Source of the DNA: Histomonas meleagridis 2922-C6/04-290x
Taxonomy: Eukaryota; Protista; Parabasalia
DNA length: 27,687 nt
Reading direction: 5' to 3'
Assembly (NCBI GenBank): GCA_020184695.1
Contig: JAANOX010000152.1
Location: 1-27,687, forward strand
Both the position numbers and the translations under genes were made by a program. Below the pieces are notes generated by a model. The model did no database searches and was not told the origin of the DNA. It saw only the letters and a list, made by a program, of their open reading frames with translations. Below are positions 1-10,083 of the stretch, in pieces (position 1 is the stretch's first letter; the number at the start of each line of letters is the position of its first letter).

Positions 1-258
1 AAGTAACAATGCAAAAAGGATTTTAACATTTATACATACCATGTTTTATGGCGTTTGTAAAGATATGTGCTGTAATACTTTTATTAATATATTTATTTTA
101 CAAAATTATTGATTTTTTTGCAAATAAGACACCTTGTGCTAGTTTTTTTTAATATAAATACATTTGATTTTTCTTTATATTAAGTTTTCTTCTTGCAATT
201 TTTTCTTTTTAACGACCGTTACATGTAATAACTCTATTGCTTTGCAACCCCAAAACAT

Positions 259-3021
259 ATGACGAAACAAGCATGGGGTGGAAGGAATACATGGTCAGCA
301 AATTTGGAAGATGATGACTTTGCAATGGCTTTCATCCCAGCTAGCGAATGTGATTTGGAAAATTCAAGTGATGAAGTCAAACAAAAGCAAAAAGAAGAAA
401 CACAACATGAAAAAACAGAATCTAATAGCAAAGAAATTACGTCAATAGCACCATCTCCAGATATTCCATTAGTATTGGAAATAACAAAATCAAATATGGA
501 AGAAGTTGAGTCTAATTATTATTTTAGCTATGCAAAAAATGGAGTTAACTGTTTTCTTGATGAATTTATTGGGAATTTAATGACTATTTTTCCTAAATTC
601 AGTGCATTAGCAATTTCTTCAGATACTACCGTGTCTATTTATGATATGTATTCATTTTTTGCTCAAAAGCCACCACTTTTACAAATTCCTAAGCAAAATG
701 TTTCATCTCTTACATTATTAGAACATGAAAATTCAGTGATTCTTGCACTTTCAACGAAATCATCAATTGAAATTTACTCATTAGGCGGTGTTGTGATGGA
801 TCAAATTTCAATTACAGAAGCGCCCACTAAGCTCTCATCTATCAAGTCTAACATTATCTATATTTTTCAGCACACTCTCTATTTATACGATATTAATAGC
901 AAGGAGGTCACTTTTGAAACAAGTAATATTGCAGATTTTTGCGAGTACAAAGATAAGTTAATTCTAATGAATATGTCTAATGATTTTTATTTGTTTGACT
1001 TAGAACATGCACAATACCTATGCACTGTTAAACATGAAATTAAAGGTTTTTGTATGTCCAAAGATATTCTTTTGATGTTTGGAAGGAATTCTGGTTCAGA
1101 AGAACCGAATGTGATCGGCTTTTCGGTTTTGACGCGTGAACATTCAAAGCTTTACACCATTCCAGATTTAACGTTATCATCACAAACGAAACTTATTTTA
1201 TGTTCCTCAAACATCCATTCCTTTGTTATTATTGGGACTGACAATTGTAAAGATTGTGTTGTTATTCACTGTGACCGTATTTCCAAATTTAATTTCATTG
1301 ATACTGAAGAGAAAAATATTCACACTCCACGTCGTAAGAGCGACAACAAAATGTTTTCCTTGACTAATTTGTTTTCTATTGATTACAGCGGGTTAAATGG
1401 CTGTATAAAAACGTGTGGCTTCTTAGCATTTTATAATGATGGATATCAAATCATTTATTCATTAAATTGTAATGAAGAAAATGAAATTAAATCCACGCAT
1501 TCGAAAACATTAATTACTTTAAATCACGATAATGAAGAAGAGGAATACCAACAACGAGAAGAAGAAGAATTCCCTCAAATTGAAGAAGAAGAATTCCCAC
1601 AACGAGAAGAAGAGGAATTTCCGCCAGAGGAAGAAGAAGGTAAAACAAGTGAAATCGAAACTGTTTCGAAGGATATTTTAATTACTTTAATCTGTGATAG
1701 TTCTACATGTTTCTGTTGTTTTGAGAATGGATTAATTGGTTACGTCGATAGTTCCACTAATCTTCTTAATATATTTGATCCCAAAACACACAAAATCATT
1801 TCGCAATGTTCAGTTCCTAAGAACACATTTTTAATGCGCTCTGTCTTTAAGAAATATTGTTTTGCCGTATCACAAAATCCGATGAATGAAGACGAAGTAA
1901 TATTTAGTGTAATTAATTTAGAGAAGAATTTTTGTATCTGTTCGTACTCATTTTCTAATGCACAAACGGAAGATGAATTTAAAGATTTCTCATTTGCGAC
2001 AAGTAATGAACATCCGATAATTATCTTAGTCACATCATCGGATATATATATATTCTTTATCTATGATTATGATAAATTATATTTATTAGATATCGAAGAT
2101 GCAAATAAAGTTAATTTTAGTGATCCTGAAACTTGGGATACATATATCTTTAGCGGAGTAAGTTTCTTAGATAATACATATGATGAAAATGATAATTTTG
2201 TTCATGTTTTGTTTTTCTTTGATAATCGTTTTATTTCATTATGTAATATTCAATTGCTTAATGAAGATGAACCATTAATATCAACGAATTTTCTAAAACC
2301 ATTTAAAGAAATTACAGAAATTCAAATGAAAATTATTAATCCAACAAATATTAAGAATAAAGAACTAAAAATTGAAACTTCAAATAATAAAATAAATTCT
2401 TCAAATGATTCACAAGATTTTAAAAAGATTTTAATCGATAAAGATGCTGATGACCCAATAAAAATCGAAGAAAATATTGAAACTGATGAATATTACGAAT
2501 ATTTTAAATATGGAAATAATTCGCAAAGTGTTTTCTCTGAATTCGGATTATTAACAATATCAAATGATGAAACAATTAAAACATATCTTATACAAAATAA
2601 TGAACAATTCGAACTTTTGTGGGAAAATAATGATATTAAAAATGTTAGTGCACATTGTTATATTGATCAAGAAAATTGTTCTGTTTTATGCGTATGTAAT
2701 AATGATTTTATCTTTTTGCTTAATGTTAAAACAGGTGAAATTTTATCAAAAATCGAAAACAATTTTGGTAACATAATTAAAATCGAATATAATAAAAGTA
2801 TGAAAAATATGGCATTTATGATTACAAAAGAAGGGAAAATGTTTGTTGTTAATGTATTGGATGTTGGAGAAAATATAGAAATAAAAAATGAAGAACAAAA
2901 CAGAAAAAAGAAATTAAGATATTACCCAAATAAATTAAATGGATTTCGAAGATCTTTAACAAATTTTGATATAAAGAAAGAAAAACAATGTGTTAGATTA
3001 GAAAATCACTTTCGTAAATAA
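259..3021 (+). CDS. 920-aa hypothetical protein, probably two beta-propeller-like regions separated by an acidic repeat linker
   Basis: Long uninterrupted ATG..TAA ORF in AT-rich DNA. Beta-strand-like hydrophobic periodicity in both halves. Stop is followed by A (TAAA). M3-like GACCGTTA lies upstream at ~214-221. Fold assignment is by eye only. Confidence 0.85.
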   Translation: MTKQAWGGRNTWSANLEDDDFAMAFIPASECDLENSSDEVKQKQKEETQHEKTESNSKEITSIAPSPDIPLVLEITKSNMEEVESNYYFSYAKNGVNCFLDEFIGNLMTIFPKFSALAISSDTTVSIYDMYSFFAQKPPLLQIPKQNVSSLTLLEHENSVILALSTKSSIEIYSLGGVVMDQISITEAPTKLSSIKSNIIYIFQHTLYLYDINSKEVTFETSNIADFCEYKDKLILMNMSNDFYLFDLEHAQYLCTVKHEIKGFCMSKDILLMFGRNSGSEEPNVIGFSVLTREHSKLYTIPDLTLSSQTKLILCSSNIHSFVIIGTDNCKDCVVIHCDRISKFNFIDTEEKNIHTPRRKSDNKMFSLTNLFSIDYSGLNGCIKTCGFLAFYNDGYQIIYSLNCNEENEIKSTHSKTLITLNHDNEEEEYQQREEEEFPQIEEEEFPQREEEEFPPEEEEGKTSEIETVSKDILITLICDSSTCFCCFENGLIGYVDSSTNLLNIFDPKTHKIISQCSVPKNTFLMRSVFKKYCFAVSQNPMNEDEVIFSVINLEKNFCICSYSFSNAQTEDEFKDFSFATSNEHPIIILVTSSDIYIFFIYDYDKLYLLDIEDANKVNFSDPETWDTYIFSGVSFLDNTYDENDNFVHVLFFFDNRFISLCNIQLLNEDEPLISTNFLKPFKEITEIQMKIINPTNIKNKELKIETSNNKINSSNDSQDFKKILIDKDADDPIKIEENIETDEYYEYFKYGNNSQSVFSEFGLLTISNDETIKTYLIQNNEQFELLWENNDIKNVSAHCYIDQENCSVLCVCNNDFIFLLNVKTGEILSKIENNFGNIIKIEYNKSMKNMAFMITKEGKMFVVNVLDVGENIEIKNEEQNRKKKLRYYPNKLNGFRRSLTNFDIKKEKQCVRLENHFRK
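1552..1641 (+). repeat. Coding tandem repeat, 24-nt unit x ~3.7 (QREEEEFP/QIEEEEFP/QREEEEFP/PEEEEG)
   Basis: Directly visible: caacgagaagaagaagaattccct / caaattgaagaagaagaattccca / caacgagaagaagaggaatttccg. Confidence 0.9.
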
Positions 3022-3506
3022 ACATTAAATAATTTAAGTGATAATTATTATGTACGCACTTCTTTTTGCTGATGTGAGTTGAAAGGTGCAAGTTCATCAT
3101 ATCAAAAATTCTTTTGAATACATGTTTTAGATTTTACAATATTAGAGTTAGACCTATTTTTATTTAGACATTGACAAAAATATATATAATTCACAATTTT
3201 TTTTAAAATGGTCATTTGATCTGATATAAACATTTTAACAGTACTCTTGGAATGAATTTAAGCGGAGAATTAGGTCATTGAAGAAGAACAAACAAAAAAA
3301 TTTTTTGAACATTTTCATTTCGAAGTTTTTGTGTTTACGAAAACAATATTTTTATGCACTTCAGCATATAACGGCTACGGTTTTACGACCAGAAATAATA
3401 TCATTATTTGTTGAGCTTGAATACAACTAATTCAGAACTTGAGATAGACCCGTTCTACTATTCAACCATCCCATCAATAAAACTAAAAATTCCTAAAAAA
3501 GAAAAA

Positions 3507-4022
3507 ATGAAACAGATTAATTACTTAAATTTAAAAACAAAATCAACTAAAAGTAGTGAGGAAATTGATAAAAGGTTTAAAATATTTTTATTAGAAAAAA
3601 AATTTATACTTGATCATCTTATAAGAAGACATTTTAATAAATGGAAAAGTAAATGCTTTTCTCCACAAAACGCGCGTGACTATAATGATCTGCTCCTTGA
3701 TTATTCTATTCCAATAGATATAACATTCAATGAAATTCATGAATCAATTGAATCTTTAGATCTTCAATACCAAAATGATCAATATACTCCATTGTACAAC
3801 TCGTTCCGTCCAACAAAAGAACAAGAAAACAGAATCAAATCTGCAGTTAAAAGAATTGTCTCCTCCACTTTTGAAATTTCAAATGCAAATAATTCATTAG
3901 GAACTCCACAAAATTTAAAGGAAACTTCAATAAAAATGAATAAAAATTCAAAAAATTCAGTTATCACTGATATATCATACGATCGAGATTCATTAAATGA
4001 GGCACTAAATGGAATCAAATGA
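3507..4022 (+). CDS. Hypothetical protein (~171 aa from first ATG)
   Basis: Open frame 3408-4022 with first ATG at 3507. Contains LIRRHFNKWK, loosely like Sfi1-type repeats. No recognised domain, and the start is uncertain. Confidence 0.45.
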   Translation: MKQINYLNLKTKSTKSSEEIDKRFKIFLLEKKFILDHLIRRHFNKWKSKCFSPQNARDYNDLLLDYSIPIDITFNEIHESIESLDLQYQNDQYTPLYNSFRPTKEQENRIKSAVKRIVSSTFEISNANNSLGTPQNLKETSIKMNKNSKNSVITDISYDRDSLNEALNGIK

Positions 4023-4479
4023 AAATACACCAAGTACCTCTTCTCTTCGGCAAGGTTTTTGTTACCATAACGTTTAAAATGCATCTTTAATTGATTCAAC
4101 CATTTGATTGGATGAAAAATTTGTTTTCTCACAACAAAGGGACGAAATGAAAGAAGACCATAACACAAGAACAGAGTTAAATTTACATAAATATGAAAAA
4201 GAAACATATTCCTTTGATTATAATAAAGAGCAGAAACATATGTTTCCAAAATGAGACAACAATTTTTTAAGAACTAATCACACCAAATAATACACATTTA
4301 TCAAGAAGTAATTTTCATTCATTCTATTTCTTCTTTTGTCAAGAAAATGTTTTCTGTTTTTTAGATCTAATTCAAAAAAGAAGCAAAAACGATCAAATTC
4401 GATTGAATCTCTTATCAAAAAGTTATATAGTTCATGATTTATTTATGATAAAATTTTCTATCATAATTATTTTCAGGGC

Positions 4480-6381
4480 TCAATCCTTTGCCCTTAGTAA
4501 CCTTGTAATTGTTCTTATTTCGTTTGTCACAATTAGTTCCTTTTGTTCCCTTAGTCCATAAGGAGCGAATCTCGTTGATGTCGGAACAAACTTTTGCACT
4601 TTTTCAGAATCCGATTTTGTTGTATTTTCTAGGAAAAGTTCAACAAGTTGCTGATTACCTGTTGCAACTGCCATAAGTAACAAGTCAACCTCTGTTTCTT
4701 TTGTTTTAGCGCCGCAGTCAAGTAAAAACTTTACTGTTTCGATATTCTGATAAAATATCGCATAGCATAACGCCGTCCATTTATTGGTATCAGGTTCGTC
4801 AACTTCAACAGTACAACTTACAGCTATGGCGACAATGATTGGATTACCAATGGCAGCAGCTGCATGTATCGGCTTGATTCCTTCAAATACATCAGTGGCA
4901 CGACCAAAGTTCATGGAATGGACAAGCGCACGAAAGTCAAGGCGCTCAATGGACTCAAATGGATCTGGTGGTGGCGTTACTGTGGCCCATTGTTTGTTTT
5001 GGTATTTCTTTAATACATACATTGTTCTGATATCATCGTCCATTCGTGGTCCTACTTCAACATCGCAGTCTTTGGAAAGAAGTAAACTGTTGGAACATTC
5101 ATTTGTAAGGACATTGAGAAGATTATGATAAAATGGATGAAGCTTATCAAGAATAACTGAGCGAATTTTGGATACTTTGGTGGACATTTGTCGATGTGTT
5201 GAGCAACATTTGAGGCAAAGTCGATTGCCCCAATTTAATGCACACCATGTTGCATCAGTAGCTCCACAATCTGCACAAATCATCTGGTTTGTTGAGTCAT
5301 CAGTTGTCTCTGGCTCATTACCTCGTATCATTTTTGTGTTATGATTCGCAAAAATTGATAGCCATTCATCAAGATCATAAGCTGTTAATGCTTGAAGAAT
5401 TATGGTATATTCAGGGGATTGAACTTTGAAACAGAATCTGCGCTTCTTTTTGTTGATAGCAATAGCTGTAACAAGGAGAAGCGAAAACGAGGTGTCCTTG
5501 CGACCGTTTATGGGATCGTACAACACAAAAACGCCTTCGTCAAAAGTGGCGTATCGTCGTACCCAACCGCCGACCCTTTTCTTGGAACGATACCAAACGA
5601 CATGTGATACGTTTGGGGTTGCAATGTTTTTGACTTTTTTCTCACGTATTTCCCAACAATCGATAGCATTTCGATATGCTTCGTTTTTGGTATTTGAAGA
5701 TACGTCATTTTTTGCTATGAAGGTAGAAATTAAATCTTGCCTCTTGATATAATCTTGTGCTGCTTTTTGTTGATTGTTATTTTTTGTGAAAAATATTCGA
5801 GTTGACCCAAGAAATGCAAGAATAACTTCTAGTATAGAGGTGTTTATACTTGGAGTGGTGGATTTTTCTGAAGTAATGAGAGTTTTCATTGTTTCATATA
5901 AAATGCTTGAACGATTACACATAACATTTTTAAGGTTAGTTTCGGTTTGTGATATTATTTCAGGTTTTGTCTTGGCGCCTAAAGCTCCATATTCTTCAAT
6001 TACTTTTTGAAATTCGTTATTTGATTTATTGAACTCAGATTTATGTTTTGATATTAGTGGAAGAAAAACAGATTTGATTGTATGTAATTGTTTGCAGCAC
6101 TCATCAACTGAGATTTTGAATGTATCAAAAAGAGTACATATTGATGTCAACAAATCTTCAAAACCACCAAGTAGTTTGCATTCATTTGTTACTTCATGTA
6201 TTTTTTCGAATTCTTTTTTAGCATCTGCTAAATTTGAAGATATTTTGGTGAAGGAATGATGAAGTTTGTCTATTACATGTATGTAAGATGACTGTTCTTT
6301 TAATCGTGCTAACATGCTTTGTTCAAGTAAAGGTGATGGATCGAAATATTGAAATAAATCTGGCTCGTTTGATGAATCCAT
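4480..6381 (-). CDS. ArfGAP with BAR, PH and ankyrin-repeat domains (ACAP/centaurin-beta-like)
   Basis: N-terminal helical BAR-like region. PH domain (GGWVRRYATF..KRRFCFKV..LQA..DLDEWLS). ArfGAP zinc finger CADC-x16-CLKC..HR with the catalytic Arg retained. Ankyrin repeats (PIHAAAAIG, WTALCYAIFYQNIETVKFLLDCGA). Confidence 0.93.
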   Translation of the reverse strand: MDSSNEPDLFQYFDPSPLLEQSMLARLKEQSSYIHVIDKLHHSFTKISSNLADAKKEFEKIHEVTNECKLLGGFEDLLTSICTLFDTFKISVDECCKQLHTIKSVFLPLISKHKSEFNKSNNEFQKVIEEYGALGAKTKPEIISQTETNLKNVMCNRSSILYETMKTLITSEKSTTPSINTSILEVILAFLGSTRIFFTKNNNQQKAAQDYIKRQDLISTFIAKNDVSSNTKNEAYRNAIDCWEIREKKVKNIATPNVSHVVWYRSKKRVGGWVRRYATFDEGVFVLYDPINGRKDTSFSLLLVTAIAINKKKRRFCFKVQSPEYTIILQALTAYDLDEWLSIFANHNTKMIRGNEPETTDDSTNQMICADCGATDATWCALNWGNRLCLKCCSTHRQMSTKVSKIRSVILDKLHPFYHNLLNVLTNECSNSLLLSKDCDVEVGPRMDDDIRTMYVLKKYQNKQWATVTPPPDPFESIERLDFRALVHSMNFGRATDVFEGIKPIHAAAAIGNPIIVAIAVSCTVEVDEPDTNKWTALCYAIFYQNIETVKFLLDCGAKTKETEVDLLLMAVATGNQQLVELFLENTTKSDSEKVQKFVPTSTRFAPYGLREQKELIVTNEIRTITRLLRAKD

Positions 6382-6962
6382 TTGCTTTTTAAAAGGTTAT
6401 GTGATAACTTTTTCAATGTATAAAAGGAGTTGTTAGAACGTTCATATCGGCAACGAAAGCATGCTCTCAATTATCAAACGCAGGCAAAATCCTCTTCTCA
6501 AAAAGCTTTTTACTGTTTACAGATTGTGAATATATGTATGGCGGTTTATGTATTGTCTGTGGGAAATTTTGTTTCCCTTATTAATGATTGAAAAATAGTT
6601 ATACTATAGCAAGCCACTAAGGCTTAGTGACTGAGCATAGTAAATTTTCGATATCGAAAATTATTGAGCCCCAATAAGAATTCGGAAACGATAGACATTA
6701 ATAAATAGATTTAGTGAAATCAGAATTTACTTTTGATCATCCAAATAGTTACATGTCTTAAATTCAATTTCACTCCAATTAAATTTATATGCATTTTATT
6801 TGTATATTGGATTGAGAGAAGGTTCAGACAGAATGCATTAATGTATAGACTCATACAAAATTTCAGTAAATGTGTGTAGAAAAACTTGCATCGGCAATGT
6901 AATGAGGTACGGTTGGAACTAAATCCGACAACCCCTTTTATTTGAAATAGTTTATAAAATAT

Positions 6963-7105
6963 AAAATATTTAGTTTTTTAAATAAAATTAAAAGTATAAG
7001 TTTCGAAAAAGAGTAAATTTACTTTAAAAATTATATACTAAAAGATCACTCGGACTCTAGAAATCGTGAATTTTCGATTAAGATTTTGAAGATAAAACAT
7101 TAAAA
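6963..7105 (+). repeat. Degenerate direct repeat, copy A (partner at ~9223-9375)
   Basis: Shared blocks in the same order in both copies: tcgaaaaa(ga)gtaaatt, taaaagatcact(c/g)ggactctaga, attttgaagataaaa. Confidence 0.7.
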
Positions 7106-7336
7106 TACAGCTTGTTCTTAACCCCACAAGGAAATTTTTGCAACATGTTCTGGGTGCTTTCAGTGGGTATAATAAAAGTGACATTTTTGGCGCACCCCCA
7201 GAAAATATCACTTTCACGGTTATTTTGGCGGGAATTCGACTGTCGATTTTTTGAGGTATATATACATAGGTTTAAAAAAGCACTTCTTGTACGTTAAAAA
7301 AACGTTTATTTTTCATGTTATTTCGCAAAAAACACG

Positions 7337-8551
7337 ATGAAAATAGGAACCATCCATCCTCCACTGAATTCTAGCATGCTGTATCAAAATATGGCTAAGG
7401 AGCTATCCAAAACCAATGTTAGATATGCAATCCGATTACTTGAAAAATATGATTATTTATGCGAACAAGTAATGACATTATTTTATGTTTTACGCAATGA
7501 CCTCGAGATAAATGTTTCAATAAGACGTATTGCACGATATAATGAAGTCGATTTCTCAAATTTGTCAAAAAATCTTAGCAAACATAATCTAAAAAACCAT
7601 CTCGAAGACCATTATCATTAACAGACGAACAAGAAATAGAGGTGTCAAATGAAATTTTGGCACGGGCGTGTGATAATTATGCCATGACATCAAAAGAAAT
7701 TCGAAATTATATTTTTGATCGATTAGATGTTTTAGTTTCCAATTTGTGGCATGTTAACTTTATCAGAAGACATGAAAACAAAATTGCTTTGGCGGTGGCA
7801 TATCCACAGGAAGAAGTGCGATTGACAGTTTCGAAGGATATTGCCAAAAAACATATATCTCACTTAAGAAAGTATATCGAAAATGTACCAACAGAACTAA
7901 TCATTAACATTGATGAGGCATGTTCTAGCGACTGGATTGATAACCACCCAAAGCGTGTTATCATTCCTATTGATTACAAGAAGCAAAGCGTTCAGTATTC
8001 AGTGAAAAGAAATACAAGAAAAATATCATTAAGTGCAGCAATATCGATGGGAGGAGATGCAATTACATCAATGATAATATCGAATAAATTAAACCTCGAT
8101 AGATAAAAAGCTGAAGCAGGTAATCGAGAGTGTCAATATTTTGTTTATCATAATCAGAACAGATGTTATGTGACCAAAGACATTTCTCGATCTTATATAT
8201 TAAACAATAATTCCTTATATTAAGAGCACAGGAGATCTTTTAAAACTTCATGAATATCCTGCAATAATTTAAGCGGACAAATGCTCCGCTCATATAGATG
8301 ATAGTATTCTTGATATTCTAGTGGAAGATAATATTCGTGCGATAACATTTCCTCCTCATATAACAAATCTATTTCAACCTCTAGATCTAGTTACATTTCG
8401 AGTTTTTAAACAATGAAAAAGCGCAACTAAATCGGTTTACAACAAAGGATCATTACTTGATTCATTTCATGTAAATATAATCGCTATAGAAAAAGCAACG
8501 ATCTCACAAAATAATAAAAGTGCTTTTTATCTTTCTAATTTGATGATTTAA
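7337..8551 (+). mobile_element. pogo-like (Tc1/mariner superfamily, DDE_1) transposase pseudogene, DD35D spacing
   Basis: HTH-like N-terminus. A frameshift near the A-run at ~7590 restores RRPLSLTDEQE. CENP-B-like HTH, then NIDEA (first D). After further lesions: *ADKCSAH...FPPHITNLFQPLDLVTF, with 35 residues between the two D. Several stops and frameshifts; TIRs not found. Confidence 0.85.
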
Positions 8552-9222
8552 GGTTCAATAATCCGAATATAGCCATCGCTAGAGAATAATCCCTTCTTGA
8601 TATTATTAATCAGTCTAATTTAAGTGATAATAGCTTTGATTGTTCCAAAACAAAGTTTGGATATATTTACAAAGTGCAGTTGATAAAATATAATAATAAT
8701 TGATAATTCTAAATGAATATCAATTTTAAGTATAAAATATTTTAAAATTTTATTGTCTAACTTTTTTGTTTTTTATTTTATATCTTATCTAATAATTATC
8801 CGAAAAACGCAAAATATTTTTAATTTTGAAAAATTTTCACTTATTTCAAAAAGTTGTGAATGTAGAATCCTTTTTTAGTGTGGAGCCCTTATTTAAACCT
8901 CTGTAGTTCACATTTTATTAAAATATTAACATTAATTAATTAACATGTTAGAAGCTAGGTACTCGAACTATTGTTTTGGCAAATAAAATGTTATATTGAA
9001 AATGTTTTTTATTTTCCTAAAATCAATAAATTAAGAGATCTTTTTTGATTATAATATGAGCAATTTTCACAAAAGAAAGATTCTTTGAAGTGATCTGTTC
9101 AATCGCGATGTGATACCACTCTTAAGCCTCCAGCAGAGTGGGAGTTCGAAAAATTTGTCAATTTTTTTTGTGATTTTTTGATAATTCTTATAAATAAATA
9201 TATGCATATACAATCATATTTA

Positions 9223-9375
9223 AAATATTCATTAAAATAAAATTTATATCATCATTTTTCTCGAAAAAGTAAATTCATAAAAAAAAAAAACATAATAAAA
9301 GATCACTGGGACTCTAGAGAGAAATTGTGTATTTTCTTTCGCCTAAAATTTTGAAGATAAAATATATAAAATTAA
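9223..9375 (+). repeat. Degenerate direct repeat, copy B (partner at ~6963-7105)
   Basis: aaaagatcactgggactctaga at 9297-9318 and attttgaagataaaa at ~9348-9362 match copy A. Confidence 0.7.
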
Positions 9376-9542
9376 AATTATTTATATTTCTATTATTACT
9401 TGATTTCTTCTGCTGAATTTCTAGAAAAAGTAGAATTTTTTACAGCAGTTATATAACCGAGATTTAGCATTCAAATATTTGAGGGTTAATTACTTTTTGT
9501 ATATAAAATAATCGTTTTATCACAAGAAAGCATTTCCTAAAC

Positions 9543-9909
9543 CACGTCGTTTTTGAAGATGAAATGAATGATATTCAATATGATGGTTTCCAACATTCAA
9601 AATTTACTAATTTGTGAAGATTAATTTTTTTTGGAAATGTAAATTCAGAATGACACTATCTATCTACTTGTTCGGATCAATCATTAAATAAAAAAACGAC
9701 ATACAAAAAGGAACCGGAAACGTTTAACGATGCGTTCAAAATGGTTTTTCGTTCAATTCTTGAAAGCCGATAAAAAACCGACAATCTTGAAATATTTAAA
9801 CGGAATTGAGTTGAAATACGGATAATCAAATCATTTGAATTGATTTGTCAAACTTTCGCATTCAGACGTTCAATTATGAAAAAGAAAAAAAGTATTTTTC
9901 TTGATCATT
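9543..9909 (+). pseudogene. Possible decayed ORF fragment of unknown origin
   Basis: One frame reads HVVFEDEMNDIQYDGFQH...KEPETFNDAFKMVFRSILESR with only 4 internal stops in ~120 codons. No recognisable family. Confidence 0.25.
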
Positions 9910-10083
9910 AAAAAATATTGAAAAAATATTTTGGGAATAAAAATACTATCATACCTATTGATGATTTAAGTATGCTTAAATTGAACTTAATGTGAAAATA
10001 TTAGAATAAAAAATGATTTTTTCCTCATAATTAAATACCTTCAATTGAAAGAAAAATTTTTTGAATAGAACGAGAGAAAGTTT

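Noticed and set aside
7105-8905. TA|CAG...CTG|TA as pogo TIRs
   Set aside because: Similarity beyond the first 3-4 nt is not convincing.
9100-9145. tRNA or tRNA-derived SINE suggested by GGAGTTCGAA and a CCACTC/GAGTGG stem
   Set aside because: No cloverleaf, no T-stem closure and no properly spaced A box.
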